64,000 nt of DNA from assembly GCA_963734495.1 (NCBI GenBank), contig CAVTHK010000016.1, positions 32,001 through 96,000 of the forward strand. Reading direction: 5' to 3'. Both the position numbers and the translations under genes were made by a program. Source of the stretch: an uncultured Spirochaetota bacterium (GTDB lineage: Bacteria; Spirochaetota; Spirochaetia; SZUA-6; CAVTHK01). This document shows, in pieces, positions 20,833-29,515 of the stretch. The notes below the pieces were generated by a model. The model saw nothing but the letters and a program-made list of their open reading frames with translations. It ran no database searches and was not told the origin of the DNA. Position 1 is the stretch's first letter. Each line of letters starts with the position of its first letter.

Positions 20833-21627
20833 ATGGGCCGGAAGCTGCCGCTCGCATCGGTCGCGGCCGCGGCGCTCGCCCCGATGACGCGGGAGCAGGT
20901 GACCGCCCGCATCCTGTGCGGCGAGCTGCTGGTCGCCGGCGAGCGGGTCCGCGACCCGAAACGGCTCGTGGACGAGGACGCGGCGATCAGCCTGGAACAG
21001 GCCCGGCGTTTCGTCTCGAGGGCCGGGCTCAAGCTCGAGCACGCGGTGCGGCTCTGGGAGCTGCCGGTGATCGGCGGCGTCTTCATCGACGCCGGCTGCT
21101 CGACGGGCGGTTTCACCGATTGCCTGCTGCAGAACGGCGCGCGCCGCGTCTTCGCCGTAGACGTCGGCCGCAACCAGCTCGACTACGGGCTGCGCCGCGA
21201 TCCGAGGGTCGCCGTCCTCGAGGGGACGAACGTCATGGACCTGCGGAGGGAGACCTTCGAGGAACCGCCTCGGGCCGCAGTCGCGGACCTGGCCTTCAGG
21301 TCGCTGCGGGGGGCGGCGCGCCACCTGCTGTCGCTCGTGACCGGCGGCTGGATCGCGGCCCTCGCCAAGCCGCAGTTCGAGTGGGGCACCCCGGGCGAGA
21401 CCTTCGACGGCGTGGTGCGCGACGCCGGCACGGTGCGCGAAGTGCTCACGAGCCTTGTGCGGGACCTGTGGGCGGAGGGAGCGTTCCTGCTGCGCGCCAC
21501 CGTCGTTCCGGTGCGGGGCCGCCGCGGGAACACGGAGGTCATGCTCGAGCTGCGCGACAGGGCCGACTGGCAGCCCGCGGACGCTGAGCTCCGGCTACGA
21601 GAGGCCCTTGATCAGGTCGTCCCGTGA
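20833..21627 (+). CDS. tlyA: TlyA-family rRNA (cytidine-2'-O)-methyltransferase
   Basis: FVSRAGLKL, DAGCSTGGFTDCLL, KPQFE, GNTE; C-terminal part of ORF 19231..21627. Confidence 0.92.
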   Translation: MGRKLPLASVAAAALAPMTREQVTARILCGELLVAGERVRDPKRLVDEDAAISLEQARRFVSRAGLKLEHAVRLWELPVIGGVFIDAGCSTGGFTDCLLQNGARRVFAVDVGRNQLDYGLRRDPRVAVLEGTNVMDLRRETFEEPPRAAVADLAFRSLRGAARHLLSLVTGGWIAALAKPQFEWGTPGETFDGVVRDAGTVREVLTSLVRDLWAEGAFLLRATVVPVRGRRGNTEVMLELRDRADWQPADAELRLREALDQVVP

Positions 21628-22377
21628 GATGGGCCGCCCGATGTAGGGGCCCTCGGAGCTCAGGTAGTCGAGCTTCCTGCCTTCGATGAGGATCTGCACG
21701 GTCTTCACGTTCGAGAACTCCGTGGCGGTGTAGACGAGCTGCTTGACCTGCGCGACCAGGCCGGCCCGCCCGAGCGAATTGAAGCGGAACTCGTCCGACA
21801 GATCGACGAAGGCGGTGTTGTCCCGGACGTAGACGTTCCTCAGCTTGACGTTGGCGGGAATCATGGTGAGGAGGCCGCCGCTGAGCTCCTGCGCGGCCTC
21901 GCCGTCGAGCAGGGTCGTGAGCGTGTCCTTGAGCGGCGAGTCGGTGTACGGCACCGACCGGATGACGCCCTGCAGCGAGATGTCGCCCGCCTGGCTGACC
22001 TGCACGAAGAATATGCGCGCCTTGCGCACGCGCGCGGGCGCCTGGGCGGCGGGGGCGGCGTCGCCGCCGGGGGCCGCCCCCGGCACGCGAATGACGACGT
22101 CGGGCGCGGCCGTTCCCGGAGCGGGGGCGGCGGGCGGGGCCGACGGCGGCGCGGCGGAGGGCGCCCGCGGCGCGGCCGGCGCAGGCGCCGGCTTGGGAGC
22201 GGGCCGGGGCTGGGGTTTCTCGTTGTGGACCGTGACCTCGGGAGATCCCCTGGCGGGCAGCAGGCCGCTGGATGCGAGGACGCGATTGATGCGCTCCCTG
22301 TTGTACAGGAAGACGACGACCACGAGGAGCGCAAGGGCGAGCCAGAACAGGCAGCCGAGGCCTGACTTCTTCTTCAT
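21595..22377 (-). CDS. membrane-anchored GerMN-domain protein
   Basis: N-terminal TM, Pro/Ala linker, then AFVDLSDEF...QLVYTATEFSNVKTVQILIEG. Confidence 0.85.
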   Translation of the reverse strand: MKKKSGLGCLFWLALALLVVVVFLYNRERINRVLASSGLLPARGSPEVTVHNEKPQPRPAPKPAPAPAAPRAPSAAPPSAPPAAPAPGTAAPDVVIRVPGAAPGGDAAPAAQAPARVRKARIFFVQVSQAGDISLQGVIRSVPYTDSPLKDTLTTLLDGEAAQELSGGLLTMIPANVKLRNVYVRDNTAFVDLSDEFRFNSLGRAGLVAQVKQLVYTATEFSNVKTVQILIEGRKLDYLSSEGPYIGRPISRDDLIKGLS

Positions 22378-22388
22378 GTCTCTTCTAT

Positions 22389-22536
22389 ATGATCGGTCGG
22401 CGGCGTGGGTGCGTTTACGCGCGAGATGATCGGACGACGGGGTGGGTGCGTTTACGCGGGAGATGAACGGACGACGGGGCGGGGGCGCGTTTACGCGGGA
22501 GATGATCGGCGGGCGGCGGGGGTCCGTTCACGCGAG
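22389..22536. repeat. imperfect tandem repeat, 4 copies of about 37 bp
   Basis: Consensus atgatcggacgacggggtgggtgcgtttacgcgggag; units start at 22389, 22426, 22463, 22502. Confidence 0.85.
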
Positions 22537-22597
22537 CCCCGGCGCTGGCGGGCGGGAAGCGAGAGGCGGAAAGCATGGTGCGCAAGTGTGCCTAAAA

Positions 22598-22627
22598 TTG
22601 ACAGCTTTGCGGCAAACCCCCTATAGT
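22598..22627 (+). promoter_or_regulatory. sigma70 promoter of ptsI (leaderless-type spacing)
   Basis: TTGACA-N18-TATAGT; ATG 6 nt downstream with no SD. Confidence 0.7.
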
Positions 22628-22633
22628 TGGCCC

Positions 22634-24358
22634 ATGCAGAAGCTGGCCGGGATCGGCGTCTCTCCCGGAATCGCGATCGGTCCGGCCTACGTCGTGCGAG
22701 AGGAGACCTTGTCGGTTCCGAGGTACGACGTCCTTCCGGCCGAGGTGCCGGCGGAGCTCGAGCGTTTTCGCGAGGCCGTCAAGAAGGCGGTGGCCGACCT
22801 CACGGGCCTGCGCTCGCTGGCGACCGAGCACGGCGACCAGACGCACGCTGCCATCGTCGAGAGTCACCTGCTGATGCTGGAGGACCCGGAGTTCGCGCGC
22901 CGCGTCGCGACGTCGGTCGAGCGCGAGCGCAAGAACGTGGAAGCGGTCGTGATCGAGACCATCGACGAGATGGTCGAGCGGCTGGCAAAGAGGAAGAGCG
23001 CCTCCGACCGGAGCTCCGATTTCCACGACATCTCGCGCAGGCTCCTGCACCACCTCCTGGAGCGGGAGCGGCCGAACTTGCAGGGCATCACGGGGCAGGT
23101 CGTGCTGATCGCGCACAACCTGATGCCCTCCGACACCATCAGCCTGAGGAAAGAGCACGTGCTCGGAATCGGCACTGACGGCGGCGCGAGGACGTCGCAC
23201 ACGGCGATCCTGGCGCGCGCGTTCGAGATCCCGGCGGTCCTGGGGCTCTCCTACGGCTCGCGCCTGGCCGAGCACGGCAGGCAGGTGATCGTCGACGGGA
23301 ACACGGGGACGGTGATCCTCGATCCCGACAAGCGGACCCTCGACCGCTACCGGCGGCTCGCCGAGCAGGCGCGGATCGCCAGCCTGGTGCTGCGCGACGA
23401 GAGCAGCCTCCCCGGCCAGACGCGGGACGGCAAGCTCGTGCGCGTCGAGGCCAACCTGGAGGTGCCGGAGGAGGTGGAGCACGTCAGGGCTCACGGGGCG
23501 GACGGCATCGGGCTGTACCGCACCGAGTTCCTCTACATCAGGCCGCACGACTATCCCCCCGAGGAAGAGCAGTACGGGACGATCCGGGGGATTCTCGAGT
23601 TCATGAAGGGGCAGACGGTCGTCGTGCGGACGCTCGATCTCGGAGGCGACAAGGTGATCCCCGGCTACAGGGGGGCGGCGGAGGACAACCCGATCCTGGG
23701 GTGGAGGTCGATCCGCTTCTGCCTTGCGCGGCCGGCCGTGTTCAAGACCCAGCTCCGCGCGATGCTTCGCGCGTCCGCGCACGGTTCGATGAAGATGATG
23801 TTCCCCATGATCTCCGGAGTCGAAGAGCTGGAACGGGCGCTGGCGATCGTCGAGGAGGTCAAGGAGGACCTCGCCTCCCGCGGCGTCGCGTTCGACCCGC
23901 ATCTGCCGATCGGGGCGATGATCGAGGTGCCGTCGGCGGCTCTGACCGCGCGCAGCCTGGCCGAAAGGGTGGATTTCTTCTCCATCGGGACGAACGACCT
24001 GATCCAGTACACGATTGCAGTCGACCGCGGCAACGAGAAGATCGCCTACCTCTACCAGCCGTTCCATCCGGGAGTGCTCAAGCTGATCCGGATGATCGTC
24101 GATGCCGGGCACGAGGCGGGCATACCGGTCGGGATGTGCGGCGAGATGGCCGCCGATCCCATGGCGTCCGTCGTGTTGCTCGGGATGGGCCTCGATTCCT
24201 TCAGCATGAGCGCGGGGAGCATCCCGGCGATCAAGAGGATCATCCGCTCCGTGACGATGGAAGAGGCGGCGGCTCTCGCCGAGCAGGTGCTGCGCCTAAC
24301 GACCTCCCGGGAGATCGACGAGCTGGTCAGGGCATGGATGAAGGAGCGGCTCGAGTGA
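22634..24358 (+). CDS. ptsI: PEP-protein phosphotransferase (PTS enzyme I)
   Basis: GIGVSPGIAIG, phospho-His TSHTAILAR, GLYRTEF, SIGTNDLIQY. Confidence 0.97.
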   Translation: MQKLAGIGVSPGIAIGPAYVVREETLSVPRYDVLPAEVPAELERFREAVKKAVADLTGLRSLATEHGDQTHAAIVESHLLMLEDPEFARRVATSVERERKNVEAVVIETIDEMVERLAKRKSASDRSSDFHDISRRLLHHLLERERPNLQGITGQVVLIAHNLMPSDTISLRKEHVLGIGTDGGARTSHTAILARAFEIPAVLGLSYGSRLAEHGRQVIVDGNTGTVILDPDKRTLDRYRRLAEQARIASLVLRDESSLPGQTRDGKLVRVEANLEVPEEVEHVRAHGADGIGLYRTEFLYIRPHDYPPEEEQYGTIRGILEFMKGQTVVVRTLDLGGDKVIPGYRGAAEDNPILGWRSIRFCLARPAVFKTQLRAMLRASAHGSMKMMFPMISGVEELERALAIVEEVKEDLASRGVAFDPHLPIGAMIEVPSAALTARSLAERVDFFSIGTNDLIQYTIAVDRGNEKIAYLYQPFHPGVLKLIRMIVDAGHEAGIPVGMCGEMAADPMASVVLLGMGLDSFSMSAGSIPAIKRIIRSVTMEEAAALAEQVLRLTTSREIDELVRAWMKERLE

Positions 24359-25716
24359 CGTCGACTGCCCGTGACGGCCGTCAAAGCCCGACCGGCCGGG
24401 GGCTGCCGCGCATCGCCATCGTCGGCAGCGCGAACGTCGGGAAATCGACCCTCTTCAACCGCCTCATCGGCCGCCGGCATGCGATCACCGACGCGACCCC
24501 GGGTGTGACGCGCGACTTCGTCGAGGCGCCCCTGGATGTGAGGGGCAGGTCCTGCCTGCTGGTGGACACCGGAGGCTTCAGCCGGCGGCCCGGCGACGAG
24601 CTGGAAAGGGCGGTGACCGAGGTGAGCCTGAGCTCCGCCGAGGAATCCGACGTGGTCCTGCTGGTCCTGGACGTGACGCGCCTCAACGAGGACGACCTGG
24701 ACCTGATCGAACGGGCGCGGAAATGGGAGAAGAAGGTCCTCCTCGTGGTGAACAAGGTGGACACCGAACAGCGCGACGCCGACGCGTGGAACCTGGCGAG
24801 CCTCGGCTTCGAGCGGATCGTCGCCGTCTCCGCCGAGCACGGCCGCAACATCAGCGAGGCGCTGGAGGCGATCGCGTCTCTGCTGCCCGCGGCCGCGGAC
24901 CCGGCGGACGCGACCGAGACGCCGGAGCCCGCGATCTGCGTCTCGATCATGGGCAAGCCGAACACCGGCAAGTCGACCCTCCTGAACAGGCTCGTCGGCC
25001 GATCCCGGTCCCTGGTCTCCGACGTGCCGGGGACCACCCGGGACGTGGTCGAGGGGAGGTTCGAGTTCCGCGGCCGCAGCATCCTGGTTCTCGACACCGC
25101 GGGCCTGCGGCGGAAGAGCAGGATCACCTCGCCCCTCGAGTACTACTCCACGCACCGCGCGATCTCCACCGTGCGCGAGTCAGACGTGGTGCTCCTCGTG
25201 GTCGACGTGGTCGAGGGGCTCGCCGAGCAGGACAAGAAGATCGCGTCGATCGTGGTGCGCGAGGGCAGGGGCCTGATCTTCGTGCTGAACAAGTGGGACA
25301 TGCTCAAGGGCGACCCGGAGCGCGAGCGGGCGGCCGGCGAGCACGTGCGGCGGCTCCTCCCGGGGCTGGACTACGCGCCGGTCGTGCCGCTGTCGGCGCG
25401 CACCGGCCGGAACGTTCGCCGCCTCCTCGAGACGGTCGCGGACATCGACGAAGAGCTCAGCAGGCGCGTCAGCACGGGGCAGCTCAACCACGCGCTGGCG
25501 GAGTGGACGGCCGAGTACCCGCCTTCGGCGCGATACAATGCGAAGATCCGCTACGGGACGCAGGTCTCCGTGCGCCCGCAGCGGTTCGTCTTCTTCGCCA
25601 ACAAGAGCCGGCGGCTTCCGGCTTCGTACGAGAGGTATCTGGCCGGCCGGCTGAGGGGAGCCTTCGGGCTCGAGAGGATCCCTGTGGCGCTGGAGATCAG
25701 GCAGAAGGACGGATAA
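24355..25716 (+). CDS. der: ribosome biogenesis GTPase Der (EngA)
   Basis: Two G domains (GSANVGKS/DTGG/NKVD; GKPNTGKS/DTAG/NKWD); GTG overlaps the ptsI stop. Confidence 0.95.
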   Translation: MTSTARDGRQSPTGRGLPRIAIVGSANVGKSTLFNRLIGRRHAITDATPGVTRDFVEAPLDVRGRSCLLVDTGGFSRRPGDELERAVTEVSLSSAEESDVVLLVLDVTRLNEDDLDLIERARKWEKKVLLVVNKVDTEQRDADAWNLASLGFERIVAVSAEHGRNISEALEAIASLLPAAADPADATETPEPAICVSIMGKPNTGKSTLLNRLVGRSRSLVSDVPGTTRDVVEGRFEFRGRSILVLDTAGLRRKSRITSPLEYYSTHRAISTVRESDVVLLVVDVVEGLAEQDKKIASIVVREGRGLIFVLNKWDMLKGDPERERAAGEHVRRLLPGLDYAPVVPLSARTGRNVRRLLETVADIDEELSRRVSTGQLNHALAEWTAEYPPSARYNAKIRYGTQVSVRPQRFVFFANKSRRLPASYERYLAGRLRGAFGLERIPVALEIRQKDG

Positions 25717-25731
25717 GGGATCCGGCGGCCC

Positions 25732-26073
25732 ATGTACACGATCCGCGAGGTATGCGACCTGCTGGACCTCAAGCCGCACGTGCTGCGCTACTGGGAGCGT
25801 TCCATCCCGCTGGTGGCGCCCAGGAAGGACCGGTACGGCAGGCGCAGTTACAGCCGTGCCGACGTCAACCTGCTCGCGCGCGTCAAGTACCTCGTGCAGG
25901 AAAAGGGCCTCAGCACGGGCAGCGTCGCGCGCCAGCTCTGGCGCGACGCCGACGACGGGAGCGAGAACGTGCGATCGGCGATCGCGGAGATCCGCGACGA
26001 ATTGCTGCGCGCAAAGGCGCTGATCCGCCGCAGCAGGAAGAGGGAGGACACGGATGGATCGGGCGGTTCGTGA
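25732..26073 (+). CDS. MerR-family HTH regulator
   Basis: YTIREVCDLLDLKPHVLRYWE...GRRSYS. Confidence 0.88.
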   Translation: MYTIREVCDLLDLKPHVLRYWERSIPLVAPRKDRYGRRSYSRADVNLLARVKYLVQEKGLSTGSVARQLWRDADDGSENVRSAIAEIRDELLRAKALIRRSRKREDTDGSGGS

Positions 26074-27422
26074 ACGGCTGCTGGCCCTCGGGCAGGCTCA
26101 CCTGCTCGCGGGCTGGGAATCGCGGAGCGAAGACGCGAAGCGGCGCCTCGCCCTGGACCTGGACGCGACCGACCTCTCGGTCGTCGGCAGGTTCGCCGAG
26201 CTCGAGAGGGCCTCGGCCGCCCCGTTGCTCGAGATCAGCCCCGCCCCGTACATAGCCGTTCAGGACCGACGGGAGTCGCTCGCCGAAACCGGGCTGAGCG
26301 CCGCGCGCGAGGGAAAGACGGCGTTCCTGACCGTGGCCGGCGGCCAGGGGTCGAGACTCGGCTTCGACGGGCCCAAGGGGGTGTTCCCCGCCACGCCGAT
26401 CCGCCGGGCTTCGCTCTTCCAGGTGTTCGCCGAAAAGCTCCTCGGGTTCTGCCGGTGGGCCGGGGTCAGGATGCCGTGGTACATCATGACGAGCCCCGAG
26501 AACAACGCGCCGACCGCGGCCTACTTCCGCGAGCACGCCTGGTTCGGCCTGCCTCGCCGAGGACGTCCTCTTGTTCCCTCAGGGGACTCTGCCGTCGCTC
26601 GACGGGGACGGCAGGCTGATGCTCGCTCCCGGCGGCGGGCTCTTGACCAACCCCGACGGCCACGGCGGGCTGGTGCGCGCGCTCGCCCGCCATCGGATGC
26701 TCGACGACATGCGCAGCCGCGGCATCAGCACCCTGTTTTACTTCCAGGTGGACAATCCGCTCGTCAACGTCCCGGACCCCCTGTTCCTCGGCTACCACAT
26801 CGACCGCGGCGCGGACGTTTCGGTCAAGGTCATCCCCAAGCGCTCGGCCGAGGAGAAGCTCGGGGTCATCGCGCTCGGCGGGGGCCGGGCCTGCATCGTC
26901 GAATACTCCGACCTGGACCAGCGGAGGATGCACGCCCGCGGCCCCGACGGCCGGCTGCTGTTCGAGCAGGGCTCGATCGCGATCCACATCTTCAGCGTCG
27001 ACTTCCTCTCGCGCGAGGACCTCGACCTTCCGCTCCATGTGGCGAGGAAAAAGGTGAAGGTGCTCGATCCGGCGACCGGCGCGATCGTGGAAAAGGACGC
27101 GATCAAGCTCGAGCGTTTCATCTTCGACCTCCTGCCTGTCTCGGACCGCGTCCTGTTCTACGAGACCGTGCGCGAGGACGAGTTCTCGCCCGTCAAGAAC
27201 CGCGAGGGGCTCGACTCGCCGGAGACCTGCGTCCGCGACCAGGTCGCCAAGGCCGCGCGCATGCTCGAGGCGTGCGGCGTGAGGGTGCCGCGGGACTCGC
27301 GCGGGGTCCCGCTGCACAGGCTCGAGATCGCGGCGACCTGGGCGTGGGACCTCCCGGCGCTGAAGGCGAAGGTGGCCGGCGCCGATATACGAATCGATGG
27401 AGACCGCCTCTTTGACGCGTAA
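26054..27422 (+). CDS. UDPGP-family (UAP-like) UDP-sugar pyrophosphorylase, +1 frameshift near 26554
   Basis: VAGGQGSRLGFDGPKG in ORF 26054; PDGHGG, QVDN, VEYSD, KLERFIFD, FSPVKN in ORF 26571..27422. Confidence 0.88.
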
Positions 27423-28668
27423 GACGGCCCTGCTCACGCTGTTCGCTGCGGCGCTGCTGGCCACCTCGGCGGCCGCGCTGGAGCTCCCGCCGGAGACCGC
27501 GCAAACGCGGCAGCGGCTCATGGACGTCATCATGGGTCCGCCGGCGCAGGCGCGATGGATCGACAACCGGTCGTTCGCCGATGACGGGCACCCGGTGCGC
27601 TTCGAGACGGCCCGCGCGGGCGACTTCACCTATTATCTGTTCCTGAACCAGAGTCCGACCGGGGAGTTTCCGACGGTCTACGAAGGCAACGCGTCGATCA
27701 AGCGGAACCTCACCGACGGGAGCCTCCTCTACCTGACCATCCTGCTCCGCCGCGACTCGTCGAGCTTTGTCCGCCTGCACCCCGCGGGCGGCCGCGTGAG
27801 GATGGAGGCCTCGCTCTTCGGAGTGCAGGTCGCCGCGAACGTCATGATTCCCCTGAGCTTCGACGAGGTCGTCGGCGTTCCCCTCCAGCGGCTCGCCGAG
27901 CTCACGCGCGACCGCGTGGATTGGGACCTGCTCGCCGGTCGCGGCGAGCGCAGCGCGGACGTCGTGCGCGTGCTGACCGCCGCGCGCTCGATCATTCCCC
28001 GTCTGCGGGACGAGGACGACGGGGCCTTCGACGCGTCGGGCAAACCCGTGCTGATCGCGACCGGCAAGCCCTCGAGCGGGGGGCTCAACTGCTCCGGCTT
28101 CGCCAAGTGGATCATGGACGGGTTCTACAAGCCGCTCACCGGCCGTTACATGGACATCGCGGCGCTCAAGGCCAAGGACCTGACGATCCGCGGCAACCGT
28201 TTCAGCGAGCATTACGAGACCGAGCGCGACCCGTTCTTCGGTCTGGACTGGACGCGAAACATGGCCGTGGCGCTCGCCGTCGCCAGGACCGGCCGCAGGG
28301 CAGGCGCCGAGAGCTTCGACGTGCGGTCGGTCCCCTTTATGGACTACGTCGAGGACTCGGGGTATCCGATCGACCGCATCGAGCTGGCGATGTACCTGCT
28401 CGCCAGGGAGGAGCCCGACAGGATATTCCTCGGGAGCATCGAGACGGACTTTGGACGGTCGCCCACGCTTCGGCAGCACAGCCACGTCGCGGTGCTCTTC
28501 CCGCTGTTCGACGCCGACGGCCAGTTCCGGGTGGCGGTTCTCGAGCGCAACCTGGAGACCGGCCTCGGCGGCCTCTTGGCGAGGTACCCCGGAAGCCGCG
28601 TCCACCTGGTCCAGGTGTCGGCGGGCGGTGAGTTCGCCCCGCTCGATCCTGCGGCGCCGCGTCGCTGA
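27397..28668 (+). CDS. secreted hypothetical protein, possible NlpC/P60-like Cys-His hydrolase
   Basis: Signal peptide-like N-terminus (LLTLFAAALLATSAAA); GLNCSGF and HSHVAV motifs. Confidence 0.7.
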   Translation: METASLTRKTALLTLFAAALLATSAAALELPPETAQTRQRLMDVIMGPPAQARWIDNRSFADDGHPVRFETARAGDFTYYLFLNQSPTGEFPTVYEGNASIKRNLTDGSLLYLTILLRRDSSSFVRLHPAGGRVRMEASLFGVQVAANVMIPLSFDEVVGVPLQRLAELTRDRVDWDLLAGRGERSADVVRVLTAARSIIPRLRDEDDGAFDASGKPVLIATGKPSSGGLNCSGFAKWIMDGFYKPLTGRYMDIAALKAKDLTIRGNRFSEHYETERDPFFGLDWTRNMAVALAVARTGRRAGAESFDVRSVPFMDYVEDSGYPIDRIELAMYLLAREEPDRIFLGSIETDFGRSPTLRQHSHVAVLFPLFDADGQFRVAVLERNLETGLGGLLARYPGSRVHLVQVSAGGEFAPLDPAAPRR

Positions 28669-28684
28669 GGCCGGCGCGTCTCGC

Positions 28685-29335
28685 ATGGACATCGACGCGG
28701 TCGGCTTCGACCTCGACGGCACGCTGTACCCGCGCGCTATGATGTACAGGCTCTCGTTGCCGCTGGCCCTGCGCTACCCGCGCTTTCTCTACCACTTCAA
28801 CCACGTGCGGCGCGCGCTGCGCAGACGCGCATGCATCGACGGCTTCCGCGAGACGCAGGCGAGCCTGGTCGCCGCGCGCCTGGGCGTGGACCAGGCGGCG
28901 GCCGAGCGGCTGGTCGAGCGCATCATCTACCGCGAATGGATCGCGATGCTGCGCGGGATCAAGCCTTTCCCGCACGTGCGTGCGGCGCTGGCGCGCCTCC
29001 GGGCCGCCGGGATGCGGCTGGGCCTGATGTCCGACTCCCCCGTGGAGGAGAAGCTCGCCTTTCTCGGGCTCGAAGGGCTCTGGGACGTGAGCTTCTGCTC
29101 CGAGGAGACGGGTTATCTCAAACCGCACCCGAGCCCGTTCCGCAGGCTTGCCGCTGACCTCGGCGTCGACCCGCGCCGCGTGCTCTACGTGGGCGACAGT
29201 GTCTCGTACGACGTCAAGGGCGCCGCGGCCGCGGGGATGCGGACCGCCCAGATCGGCGGCCGGCGGGGCGGCGCCGACCTGAGCTTCTCCTCCTATCGCG
29301 CCCTCGCGGACCTCGTGGAGCAACGTTTCCGCTGA
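28685..29335 (+). CDS. HAD-family hydrolase
   Basis: FDLDGTLY, KP, YVGDSVSYD motifs. Confidence 0.92.
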   Translation: MDIDAVGFDLDGTLYPRAMMYRLSLPLALRYPRFLYHFNHVRRALRRRACIDGFRETQASLVAARLGVDQAAAERLVERIIYREWIAMLRGIKPFPHVRAALARLRAAGMRLGLMSDSPVEEKLAFLGLEGLWDVSFCSEETGYLKPHPSPFRRLAADLGVDPRRVLYVGDSVSYDVKGAAAAGMRTAQIGGRRGGADLSFSSYRALADLVEQRFR

Positions 29336-29453
29336 CGGCCGCGGCCTCGCCTCGACGCGACGCTGCCGCGCCCCGCGCGGTCACGGCCGCGCGATCCGGG
29401 CCGCGCGCCGCATCCTCGCCGGCCGTCTGTGGGCCTCGGCAGGCCGTGTTTCG

Positions 29454-29482
29454 TTGACTTTGCCGCGAGCGTCGGCTACACT
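29454..29482 (+). promoter_or_regulatory. sigma70 promoter
   Basis: TTGACT-N17-TACACT, upstream of SD gggagg. Confidence 0.65.
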
Positions 29483-29515
29483 TGTGGTCATAGTGGCGAT
29501 CCTTGGGAGGGGAAG

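Noticed and set aside
19231..21627. 798-aa ORF as a large TlyA fusion
   Set aside because: The N-terminal part is an alternative frame over rny and ymdB; TlyA homology starts at ATG 20833
22389..22536. CRISPR array or small repeat-protein ORFs (22405..22626; N-terminal extension of 22442..24358)
   Set aside because: No spacers; ptsI homology and its promoter place the start at 22634, so the upstream ORF segments are incidental
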